The position numbers were made by a program, and so were the translations under genes. A model generated the notes under the pieces. It saw only the letters and a program-made list of their open reading frames with translations, did not search any database and had not been told where the DNA came from. A stretch of 35,532 nt of DNA, from NCBI RefSeq assembly GCF_006345805.1, contig NW_021828102.1:1-35532 (forward strand). The letters run 5' to 3'. Positions 23,095 to 34,669 of this stretch are shown one piece after another. The number at the start of each line of letters is the position of its first letter. The first letter of the stretch is position 1. This stretch comes from Octopus sinensis (lineage: Eukaryota).

Positions 23095-23430
23095 TCGTTA
23101 CCTTGGGAGCCTTCCACCCTAAGAGTGACACCGATAGACACCCTAGAAAGAGTGGAAGTGGTTTGATCAGTTGCCAGAGCTGTATCGAAACGGAGGAAAA
23201 CAGCTTAGGGTGGTATGTCAAAAATGCTGTGGAACCACCGTTGAAACACACGAAGAAGCCCGACGTCATCAAAACTGAAAATTGTGTTACCAAAGAAAAA
23301 TTTAAACCAGAAATGAACAAAAATAAATAAATAAATAAAAGAAAGAGCATGGAAGGAAAATAAAATGTAAGGTTAGTTTGCAAGAGATGTGAATGCCAAG
23401 ACAGATACAGAGGACCGGTGGCTATGGATA
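23095..23430 (+). mobile_element. R4/Dong-like non-LTR retrotransposon remnant (region C-terminal to RT)
   Basis: GAFHPKSDTDRH-PRKSGSGLISCQSCIETEENSLGWYVKNAVEP... and WKENKM*G*FARDVNAKTDTEDRWLW, matching HPK.D.DRLY.PR..GGRGL and W..K.MHGQF. Confidence 0.8.
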
Positions 23431-23442
23431 ATAATAATAATA

Positions 23443-23845
23443 ACTATGCCCTGGTGCAGTACCAAGCAGTGGCTCTCATGGCTTCTGATCTTCCCTGATT
23501 GAAGTGTTATCAGGTACATTGTTTTGTCTTGGTATAAAAGATGGGCTACAGCAAATATTCTGCTCAATACCACAGATTTGCTTGTCAGTTGTTTGACCTT
23601 AACCAGTTGAGCAGGTCCCTTTGTGGCTGACGATATGTGCATCTCTGATCAGGAGCAGAAGTAGTGGGAGAACATTATAGCCGTGTGTTGAGAGGGATTC
23701 TTTGGTATTTGAATAATTCACCTCTGGGAATGTGGCTTTTTTTCTGTTGAACATCCTTAAACAACCCTTATTCAGGGACCTTTTGAACGGGATGGGCTAC
23801 TCGACCAGAAGAGAAGTCTAACTGGACCCTACCTGAATGTCACGA
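23443..23845. repeat. Probable interspersed repeat of unknown class
   Basis: Compositionally distinct block starting after an (AAT)n run; looks familiar as an octopus repeat but no second copy is present in the window. Confidence 0.35.
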
Positions 23846-23948
23846 GTTAAGTTGATGACAATTTTAATGTCACAAGATGACAATTTTTGGAGAAGGAGCC
23901 GAAAGAAATTAGTCAAGTCTGAAATAAAAAAAATTAAAATACTGAAGA

Positions 23949-23985
<37 letters not shown>

Positions 23986-25051
23986 TAATAATAATGATAA
24001 TAGACCCCAAATATATGATCCCGAGTAAAAATATCAGATTTTGGTCGTAGAAGATTAAAAAAATGAAAGAAGACCTACCATGCTCAAATTTTATTTCAGA
24101 ATCTGTGCAATTTCTTGTTTGGGTATCAAATTTCTCAGCATGTTGAGATGCTTTATACATAATTTCATGCTCCTACGATTTCGGAGATGTTTCAAGACAA
24201 AATAAATAATAAAAATAAAAGCAAGAGTATATGTAGTTACTATTATTTTTAGATAAATAAATAAAAAAAGGGAGTCCCTTTACGTATGGAGTTTAACCTT
24301 ATTAGCGAATGGGTTTTAGGTTGGGAAGAGAAAGTATATTAGAGAAATCCAAAAGGAATTTTGTGCGTGTCAAAACTTCGTTTCTTGGAATCAGTGGAGA
24401 ATATAGATATGTTATGGTAGAGGTGATTTATACTGGTGATTTGTGTATTAAAGAAAAACAGTTTAAACATGGACGGATATCTATTTATGAGTGAAAGTTA
24501 CAAGAAGTAGACAAGAATATATACACATACACTCGAACGCACATTCAAGCGCAGACATATCAGATTTATGTGTTGTGGGATCTCGATTTTTTGGTATTAT
24601 TGTTGTCTAATATCTATGCGTACGTTGACTTTTAGAACGTTGACATTTAGGTTGATAGTGACTTTGAAGTTTACGTGGACAAGCCGAAACCTCGAAGTCA
24701 TAATCAAACTGGTTCTTTGCAAAAGTTATTAAGTATTTACTCTACCGAAGAAAGTATTGAGTTATCTTAGAGATTAACGTTTGATTGCTTTTGTATATAA
24801 CTTGAGATCAAATATTTATACATATCTGTGCATGTTTGTGTGTGGTATGTTAATTAAGCATCGGCAATTGGTTAAACATACACGAAAAATAACAAACGGG
24901 ATCATATTTTTTTCTCGGCTGTTGACTGAGAGTCAGAGCTATTCACTCATATTTATTAACATAATTAATTACCATCTGTCCCAATGCCGCCCGAAACGAA
25001 AATTAGCTAGCAAGGTTTAGCTGGCTACAACACAGAACGAAATTACAGAAA

Positions 25052-25054
<3 letters not shown>

Positions 25055-25095
<41 letters not shown>

Positions 25096-25180
25096 TATAT
25101 ATATATCTATATTATAATATATATATAGTATATAATATGTATGTATATATATATATAGGTATATATATATATACATAGGT

Positions 25181-25216
<36 letters not shown>

Positions 25217-25308
25217 TTATAGTATATATATATATATGTATATATATGTATATTATTATATATATATATATATTATATATATATATATATATATACATAC
25301 GTATATAC

Positions 25309-25356
<48 letters not shown>

Positions 25357-25385
25357 TATATATATATTTATATAATATATATATT
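25055..25385. repeat. (AT)n microsatellite
   Basis: Direct. Confidence 0.97.
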
Positions 25386-25749
25386 CGTTTGTTCTTTTAT
25401 ATATTTCAGCCCCCTAAGACTGTGGATCAGAGAATTAAACAATTGTATAATCGTATATGTGTGAATATATGCATACAAAGCGTATTTGAAGAGGAAACAA
25501 TGTGTATGAATCTTCGAATGAGAGTCGATGATGTAACTGAAAGCAAATAATGAAACAGCCGTAAACGTAGGGAGTTAAATATTACTTATTCTTACCCTTT
25601 CTCAAATTTCAATTGGATATCATGAATGTGTGTATGTTTCTCCGTGTGTATTTATTATCATGTTTCTATATATGTATGTACATACGACGCGTGTATATAT
25701 GAATGTGTGTAAGTGTAATGGTGTCTTTATAAGTAGATTCCACAAGCGA

Positions 25750-26245
25750 AGCATCACTCCTGGTCCTTCAGCCAGGAAGCCAAGCTGCTAAACATACGAC
25801 AGAAAAGACCATTTAAAATCATTCTACCCAGAAGAACAAGAAAATTTTTAAAAATCAGTAAAACCAAAGAACAAAACCTGAAACAGTAGAACACAGAGAT
25901 TGCTGTTTCTTGGACACAGCAGAGCGCAGCTAGGCACTGCAAGGCGTCACAAGGCGTCGCAAGGCGCAACAAGGCGCAACAAGCGCTAAAATGATTCTCA
26001 TTTCTAAAAGCCAGCCTGGGAACACAACACCACTCTTTCCTGTCATACCAACAGCAACAGTAGCGTAGCCTTGTAAAAATGAAAGGTAGATGGAAGCAGC
26101 GAGGGTAGGTTGACTGTTGGGGATTACTTGAAAGACAAGAAGAAGAAGAAGAAGCTCGGAAAAGAAAATATACCTCACTGGAAGGAAAACAAATGAGAGG
26201 AGACTACGTTCCCTAAAGGCAGTGGAATTCAGTTCCTTGTACGGC
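25750..26245 (+). mobile_element. Possible decayed LINE ORF1/gag-like remnant
   Basis: ARKPSC*TYDRKDHLKSFYP reads as CX2CX4HX4C with two Cys>Tyr (TGC>TAC) changes; purine-rich Lys-rich downstream; internal 10-bp tandem CAAGGCGYMR x4. Confidence 0.4.
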
Positions 26246-26258
26246 AAACAAATAAATC

Positions 26259-26410
26259 ATGGCAGGGCTGTGTGGTAAGAAGCTTGCCTCCAAAACACAC
26301 GGTTCTGGGTTCGGTCCCACTGCGTGACATCTTGGGCAAGTGTCTTCTGTTAGAGCCTCGGGCCGGCCAAAACCTTGTGAATGGGTTTTGATTATGGAAA
26401 CAGAAGGTCA
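26259..26410 (+). mobile_element. Family C SINE 5' part
   Basis: GGCTGTGTGGTAAGAAGCTTGC...GGTTCGGTCCCACTGCGTGACATCTTGGGCAAGTGTCTTCT; homologous to the reverse complement of 2840-3001. Confidence 0.82.
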
Positions 26411-26444
26411 ATCGTATATATATATATATATATTCGATTGACTT

Positions 26445-26654
26445 TTCAAAATGTGACCTCGTGTGTACCGTTGGCGATTTTTTTCCTCTGTCTTCCCTTC
26501 TCTGGATCTTTCCTTCTATGTTTCCGACGAAGAGCTCCGCTTGAAACGTTAAACCCTCCTTCTTTCCTTCTTTCTTGAGCGTCCAATAACACTATATTTG
26601 TTCCACGTCCTCGCGTTGTTGTGCTTTTTTTTGTGCTTTCTTGTTTGGATTAAC
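26445..26654 (+). mobile_element. Second copy of the hammerhead-bearing repeat (motif 26520-26554, U4>C)
   Basis: GTTT-CCGACGA-A-GAGC-TCC-GCTT-GAA-ACGT-T-AAAC; aligns along its length with 11623-11846. Confidence 0.8.
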
Positions 26655-26761
26655 TTTATATATATACATACATACATGGTGCTTGTAACATTTGTCAGCA
26701 GTTTTGATTTTATAATGCCGACAAACTATCCAATGTAGATACTGGCCAACTCTGTCATGTC

Positions 26762-26836
26762 TTTATTAATATTATTATTATTATTATTTTATTATTATAT
26801 TATTATATTATTATTAATTATTATTATTTATTATTA

Positions 26837-26902
<66 letters not shown>

Positions 26903-26938
26903 TATATTATTATTATTATTATTATCATTGTTATTATT
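26762..26938. repeat. (ATT)n microsatellite
   Basis: Direct. Confidence 0.97.
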
Positions 26939-26941
26939 CAA

Positions 26942-27312
26942 GGCGGCGAGCTAGCAGAATCGTTACCTCGCCGGCCAAAATGCTTAGCGGTATTTCGTCT
27001 GTCTTTACGTTCTGAATTCAAATTCTGCCGAGGTCGACTTTGCCTTTCATCCTTTCGGGGTCGATTAAATAAGTACCAGTTACGCACTGGGGTCGATACA
27101 ATCGACTTAATCCGTCTGTCTGTCCTTGTTTGTCTCATCTGTGTTTAGCCCCTTGTGGGTAGTAAAGAAATAGGCATTTTGTCTGTCTTTACGTTCTGAA
27201 TTCAAATTCTGCCGAGGTCGACTTTGCCTTTCATCCTTTCGGGGTCGATACATTAAGAACTAGTGGAGTACTGTGGTAGATGTATTTCAAGCCTTGTGCC
27301 TTTAATAGAAAG
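26942..27312 (+). mobile_element. Family A SINE, partially dimeric
   Basis: Full unit 26942-27175 followed by a near-exact repeat of the B-box/core segment (27176-27250), a different tail, then (ATT)n. Confidence 0.9.
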
Positions 27313-27338
27313 GATTATTATTATTATTATTATTATTA

Positions 27339-27369
<31 letters not shown>

Positions 27370-27389
27370 GTTATTTTGTTATTGTTGTT

Positions 27390-27695
27390 GTTAACTCGGG
27401 TTTTGTTGGAACTCCTGAAGTCTTGCTATCTGCAGCCGGTTTGCTACCTGCAGCCTACAGCACCGTGCATCTATGTAATTCTTTTTAACTATGTAATTCT
27501 TTCCTGTTGATTCTGGCCCGTGCCAACGAGGCAAACCTTGTATAACAATTCTACTGGGCACTCCATTCCGATTTTCTTTTATATTCCTCTTGATGCCTTC
27601 TGAAACTCTCCCCAAGGGCCCAAAAATAATTAGCACTATCTTCACCTTCTTCATTTTACACAGCCGAGATATCTCGTATTTAAGAGCTGCAGTCA
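27390..27695 (-). mobile_element. 3' end of an R4/Dong-like non-LTR element (restriction-like endonuclease C-terminus plus 3' UTR)
   Basis: LKYEISRLCKMKKVKIVLIIFGPLGRVSEGIKRNIKE/IGMECPVELLYKVCLVGTARI, matching L..EI.RLW....V.IVP.VIGALG...LQK..LLGTA.I; ends in (AAC/AAT)n. Confidence 0.82.
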
Positions 27696-27934
27696 AGCTA
27701 TCTGGCATCTGAGACATTATTATTATTGTTGTTCTTGTTGTTGTTGTCAAAAAGTGTGGGTGGATTACCCTTCGTTTTCTGTACTAATTTTTGAACCTGC
27801 TTTAAGGTATTCTATTACGATTTTGGTCCTCACCCACTCCGTTTACTATAAATAAGCACACCCTCATGTATCTTGTGACCTTTCTGCACGACACTCTTTG
27901 AATGGACTCGTCTGACCCGATACAGGAAAAAGAT

Positions 27935-28150
27935 TCATCATCATCACCACCATCATCACCATCATCGTCGTCGTCGTCATCATCATCATCATGATAATTA
28001 TCATCATTGTCGGCGCCGTCGTCGTCATCATCGTCATCGTCGTCATCTTCATCAACGTCATCATCATCATCGTCGTCGTCGCTGTTGCTATGGTCGTCCG
28101 CCGTCGTCCTTACTATCATCATCATAATCTTCTTCTTCTTCTTCTTCTTC

Positions 28151-28186
<36 letters not shown>

Positions 28187-28193
28187 CACCACC

Positions 28194-28257
<64 letters not shown>

Positions 28258-28313
28258 TTATTATTATTACTAGAAAACATGAAACTAAATTAGAAACTAA
28301 AAAATGCAATTAC

Positions 28314-28349
<36 letters not shown>

Positions 28350-28350
28350 C
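27935..28350. repeat. Compound trinucleotide microsatellite (CAT,CGT,CTT,CTA,CCA,ATT)
   Basis: Direct. Confidence 0.95.
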
Positions 28351-28909
28351 GTTATTTAAGTTTATTAAGCAAACAACCGAAAATAGTTTGATCTAATCCT
28401 GCGAGAGATTCGTCTCCCGCAGTAAAAGGGAACGAGACAGACTATTCCAAGTTATTTCGGTTTTGTTCCTATTTTGCTTTTTTTTATTTATTTAAGTTTT
28501 GGCGAAATTCCAGAATTAATACCGCGAAGCATCTGCTTGTTACATCAACCCACACAAGCACATACCCGGCACCCCTTTTATTTGTTTCATTTTAATAATT
28601 GCTCCACCGATGCTCAACTGTAATGTGGATAAGTCTATCTAGGTGAGATGGGGATATTGTAAATGCGAGATAATGTTGATCTTCCTTTTGTGCCAATGTA
28701 TACAGATATTTATGAGAAACACCTATTTGGGAATACACCTTGAGTTACGTACACACACACCCACACACACAGGTACGCACGCATATATACGCCCACGCTC
28801 ACATACACAAAAATGCACGCATATATATAAATATATATGTATACATCGATGTATTTAGCTATGTCTATAAGTGTGTGTATGATACATACACACACACGCT
28901 TACAGTGAC

Positions 28910-29400
<491 letters not shown>

Positions 29401-30246
29401 TGTGTGTGTTTTGTTGTTGTTCGTGTTGTTGCAGTTTATTACTCAAAATTTAATATTGTTTGTAACAAAAGGCCATTTGTTTTGCTTGAATAACTTTCTG
29501 AAACGAATGAAAAATTAGAATGGTTGATAGAATTTATAGCTGAATTAATCGTAACTTGTGGAGAATAATGGAGTTTAACTATCTGAAATCATGGGTTTTC
29601 TAATGTTGAAGAAATAAAACGGAAATGTTTAAAATATCTAAATTAAAAGGATTCTGAGAATATTCGTAATGTTAGCAATGTAACAGTAGAGAAAGAGATA
29701 TTTTCACGTCGAAATAATACTTACATATATAAATGTTAGACCCCCAACGTTGCTGATAAGGTTCTGGGTGTGTGGTTTTATGTGAAACGATATAGAACGA
29801 AATCAATCTTTAGTTTGTCTCAACGACATAAACCGGAATTTGCGTTCTTACTGCGTATTTCTAGTCATGAAAACCTCACCAAACTTTTAAGTAAAGACAC
29901 AAAACACGTCTGCCGTACAAGCATTTGAAAACAGTTGCAAAACAATAGGATAATATTTTTTTCTTATAAACTAAAACAAGGTTTTGACGTGTTTGTTTAA
30001 TTCCTTGTAGCAGGTCTCTTTTCCCACAGACAATCTATTCATTTCTGAGCTTCTTTCTCTCTGATCTTCTTTCGGCGTCAATAACCATAACTTTGTGTAA
30101 AAACTGGAAAGCCTCAAACAAATCTTTAACTTTACGGATATGTACTTGCATAGCGAGTGACTTGATCTGAGATCGTGAGCTGGAACGAAAACAATTGCAG
30201 CGTGGAAGGTGTTTATAAGCCATTTAAGAAACACACAAAATCCGTT

Positions 30247-30368
30247 AGATTCACTTCAACATTTAAGTTTAATTTATCAAAATATTTTCGTCGCTTTGAA
30301 GGTCGCGGTCACAAAGCGACGAAAATCTTTTGACAAATTAAATTAAATTTAAATGTTGAAGTAAATCT
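30247..30368. repeat. Inverted duplication (arms about 52 bp, 13-nt spacer) containing the 3' half of a hammerhead-like motif
   Basis: AGATTCACTTCAACATTTAA...TTTTCGTCGCTTTG / CAAAGCGACGAAAA...TTAAATGTTGAAGTAAATCT; internal GTCGC-GGTCACAAA-GCGAC-GAA. Confidence 0.85.
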
Positions 30369-30408
30369 TTAACTGTTAAGCTTTATATAGTGTTCCTCAT
30401 ACTCTCTG

Positions 30409-30442
<34 letters not shown>

Positions 30443-30472
30443 GTCACCTTCATTCTTTCAGAATTATTACCA

Positions 30473-30775
30473 CGCCGAGCAAAGTACCTTTCATCCTTTC
30501 GGTGTCAATAAATTAAGTACCGGCTGAGCATTGAGGGTCGGTTTCATCCATCTACTCACTCACACAAAATTGCTGGCCCCGTGCCACAATTTGAAATCAA
30601 TATGATTGCTCCTCTCTAGGCAGCGTGCTGGCAAAAACGTCACCGCGCCGGAAAAAATTACTTAGAGACAATTCTTCCGACATAACGTTCTGACCTCAAA
30701 TGCAGACGGAGTCGTATTTGCCTTTCGTCCTTTCGAGACCAATAAAACAAGTACCCGTCGAGCACAGGGGTCAAT
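30473..30775 (+). mobile_element. Two old family A SINE copies; the second continues at 31083-31150
   Basis: CCTTTCATCCTTTCGGTGTCAATAAA and GCCTTTCGTCCTTTCGAGACCAATAAAA cores. Confidence 0.8.
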
Positions 30776-31082
30776 ATGTGCGGAGACACATGGCCTAGTG
30801 GTTAGAGCAGCGGACTCGCGGTCGAGGGATCGTGAGATCGAATCTCAGACCGGGCAATGTGTGTGTTTATGAGCGAAACACCTAAGCTCCACGCGGCTCC
30901 GGCAGAAGGTAATGGCGAACTTCTGCTGACTCTTTCGACACAACTTTCTCTCACTCTTTCCTCATGCATCTTGCAGCTCACCTGCGACGGACCGGCGTCC
31001 CGTCCAGGTGGGTAACCTATACGCCAAGGAAACCAGGAAACCGGCCCTTATGAGCCAGGCATGGCTCGAAAAGGAACAAACA
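30776..31082 (+). mobile_element. tRNA-Arg-derived SINE (family B, tail type 2) inserted in a family A SINE, 12-bp TSD
   Basis: TGGCCTAGTGG A-box, GCGGACTCGCGG; TSD ACAGGGGTCAAT at 30764-30775 and 31083-31094. Confidence 0.88.
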
Positions 31083-31600
31083 ACAGGGGTCAATGTAATT
31101 GGCTCACAGCCTCGTCCAAAATTGCTGACCTTGCGTCAAAATTTGAATCCAACATTATTGCTCCTTTTCGTATTTATATATTCGTACGTTCGATTTTTAA
31201 CAAAACTGTCATTGAATCTATATCTAACACCAGGATTCAAAAACATTTTCGTTTAATCTGTATCTAATAAGGTCAGAGAATATTTGTTGAAAACAGAAAA
31301 AAGAAGCGTCTTGCACTCAGGGAGTCAAAGAAAGTAGGGACTTACTTATAAGAATCTTAAATGAATTATGGAGAAAGACACGCTGCCTTTGAAGTGTATT
31401 CATTTGTGTCTGTTAAATACGATTGCGTTCTTTAAGATTTAAGTGTGTGTTTTATATTCCAAGTACTGTTGACGCTTAAAAGAAGTTGTATCTCTATGGA
31501 ATAAAATGGTAGATGTAAGAAAATTACATCTTGGTACCGATCGGGAAAAGTAAATATATATACTTGTATATGCGTATTATGATGTGTGTATGTAGGTGCG

Positions 31601-31840
<240 letters not shown>

Positions 31841-31894
31841 AATATATGCATAACTATAGGTATATATCTGCGTATATAAATTATGATTATATAG

Positions 31895-32081
31895 CGACAA
31901 ATCCTGTCCCAAACCGCCCAGAAGGGTTGCAGGAGGTTCTGAAGTCGTCTGGAGACCGTGGTTGAAGCCAATAGCAATTTTATTGAATAAATTTACTCTT
32001 TAGTATTTCAAGATATTTTTATTAAATTTTGGTAAAATCAGTGTTATTTAAATTTAAATGTTTTTTATTCAGCATACCCTG
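31895..32081 (+). mobile_element. Tc1-like transposon 3' end remnant
   Basis: KGCRRF*SRLETVVEANSNFIE* (cf. AC..FR.RLEAVV.A.G..IE*), followed by terminal ...CATACCCTG|TA. Confidence 0.8.
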
Positions 32082-32131
32082 TATTATATATATATATGTT
32101 TTTATATATATATATATATATATATACTATA

Positions 32132-32199
<68 letters not shown>

Positions 32200-32632
32200 C
32201 ATATATATATATATATGTACATGTATATAAATATATATACATGTACATGTATATATATATATATATATTATATATATATAACGGGAAGCTTTATGAAAAT
32301 AAACAAAAGACGAACGCAGGTGGAGTACAAACAAACAATTGTATTAGTATGGCGATCTATCTATCTATCTATCTATCTATATATATATATATATATATTT
32401 GTGTTTATGTGTACGTAAAATGTATTAATATTTTAAACATGTAAATAAGTGATTATTTGACTCTGTCATTAGTCATTAATATCTGCAGTAATCCATGATT
32501 GATGGGATTTTTTTTCACCGAGTCAACAACGGATAGAAATATATGCAGAGATTACGAAAATCGTTTACATAGAAACCATGAACTTCCAAAGCCAGGAACT
32601 CTATGGGGTCTTGAGTTCACTGACAATATTAT

Positions 32633-33170
32633 ATGAAGGACATTATAAAGTTCCCAAAGGGATTCGACAAGGATCTTTCATGTTCATTGACAGGAATCAA
32701 AGGTTTTATAAAAGACTTTTATGGCGTTTATCTTAAGGATTCTATGAGGATTAGAACTCGGAAGTGCTTGGTAATTAATATTGATTTGTTACAGATCATT
32801 CTCGCTACTAACTGTGATGAATATTCATAATCATCCGGTGCTTATTTTCAGCTGGATTCTTTGAAGGAGTTGCGTGTATTAAACATGAGAAATGACTGCA
32901 CTGCATGCAATAGGTTAAAACTTCGGCCATTTAATGGTTGGCAATTTGTCACTCAGTTGAATCAGCGATCTACAATGATATCCATAAACTACCACACATA
33001 CACATGTGACTGCGATACCCTGACATACTATGACAGTAGCATCTTCACCAGAAACACTACGATCACCCGAGAAAATTGATGAAATGCGTTGGCAAAATTT
33101 ATACGATATGATAACAAAGAAACGTGGAATCTGTCGTTCTGGGACCCTAGTATTTTCGAAATGATTCCCT
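32633..33170 (+). pseudogene. Possible decayed LRR/LRRCT (Toll-like receptor-type ectodomain) fragment
   Basis: ORFs 32633-32830 and 32861-33079 are one frame split by a single TAA; LDSLKELRVLNMRN is LRR-like; ISINYHTYTCDCDTLTYYD...FTRNTTI plus frameshifted LMKC and a later Cys resemble an LRRCT cap. Confidence 0.35.
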
Positions 33171-33579
33171 TAACAACAGAGCTTTACCTTCTAGTAATAG
33201 AATAGTAGATAGGTGCTTGCATGGGCGGTGTAATGCCGGCATCGATTATATGGATATAATCCCTATATATACACACACAAACATGTATATATACGTAGAC
33301 GCCATGAATATGCAGATATATTATATGTATATATACACACACCTGTTATATAGAAGAGAACTAACCGCAAAGGATGATAAATTATCGTTTGTTAGTGTTT
33401 ACATTGCTAAATATTTATGTTTGCAGACGTAGGTGTTTATTAACTCACTGCATTTATTAAATGCTTTAATAGTCAGCGAAATGGCGTTGTGTGGCCTAGA
33501 TGTTTACACATACACACACACACACACACAAACACACACATACACACATACATCCGCACACCCGCACACTCACACGCAC

Positions 33580-33955
33580 ACGGGGTGGGGCTGAAAAAGT
33601 TCATAGGCTGACTATAAAGGAGTAATGCTAGAGCTGTGAGATTTTACATGCCTTAATTGTAACTCTTCTTATAAACAACTGCATTGTTTCTTTCCAGATA
33701 AACTGACATCTGACTATTCATAGCAAAACTTCAAAAGTAACCGGTAGCAGCTTCTCTTTTTAGCGGACTAAATTCGACATCGTAGTGTTAGCAAGGGCTT
33801 GCAGAAAAAGGGCTTTAAGCTCCCAATACACAGGACATTCACGCTCACATGGTTGACAGATTAGGAGATGACGATCCAGCTTTATCAACAGTGCAAAAGT
33901 GTGCAGTTGAAATTAGGAGAGGAAGGAAGAGTTTTGATGATAACCCAAGCAAGAG
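33580..33955 (+). mobile_element. Mariner transposon 5' remnant (TIR region plus transposase N-terminal HTH)
   Basis: DIHAHMVDRLGDDDPALSTVQKCAVEIRRGRKSFDDNP matches mariner IH..M...LG..AP..STV.KW..EF.RGR.S.EDDPR.GRP; upstream CGGGGTGGGGCTGAAAAAGTTC is mariner-TIR-like. Confidence 0.85.
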
Positions 33956-34525
33956 ACCTCACCTCAATACTCGCAAGAGAAAATATCTCACCACAGGAAC
34001 CCAAAGGTTCACAGCGGTTTTACAACGGGTGCTGAATAAGGCCTTCCACACCACACCACACCACACCACACCGCACCACCCTACACACAAGAAAAATAAG
34101 AAACACAGTACATACATAGAAATGTGTCGTTGGGTAGATTCACAGGTAAGTAGACAGAGAAGAAAGTTGATGGGGGTGGGTGGGTGCGGAATTGGCAGGT
34201 AGATAGAGGATTTATTAACGAGTTACGGATGGTTCTTACATATAGATTAATATTCTATCTTAGCGTTGTCACCAATTATATTTAGAAACGCCATGAGAGA
34301 GGTGCAGTGCGATACCATATTTAATAACAATACAGGTTCGTAGCTGGATCTGTTTAAGCTATGTAGTGTTGAGCATGTAAATATGTAATGTGTGTTGGCG
34401 TATGAAAATATGCATTACAATACATGTCACATGTATACGAATAGCTACGAATTGTTTCCGTGTGTGAATATGCTCGAAAGATTAATGTTTCCTGTGAATA
34501 TGTACTGTAACTGTTTGATTAAATA

Positions 34526-34643
34526 GCTCTGCGGTTAAGAAGTGTGTTCCGCAAACACGTGATTCGGTGTTCAGTCCCATTGTGCGGTATCTTGAGTCAA
34601 ACGTGAGTGAATTTGGTAGACGGAAACTGAAGGAAGCCTGTCG
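34526..34643 (+). mobile_element. Family C SINE fragment with internal deletion
   Basis: GCTCTGCGGTTAAGAAG...GTTCAGTCCCATTGTGCGG...TTTGGTAGACGGAAACTGAAGGAAGCC. Confidence 0.7.
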
Positions 34644-34669
34644 CACCTATCTATCTATCTATCTATCTA

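Noticed and set aside
22859-23383. 174-aa minus-strand ORF
   Set aside because: Spans the antisense of an R4-like remnant plus two SINE fragments, so it is a chimeric chance ORF
24659-24700. Hammerhead-like TGACTT-TGAAGT...CCGAAACCTCG-AAGTCA
   Set aside because: Outer pairing exists but the core box, stem II and palindrome are all broken; too degenerate to call
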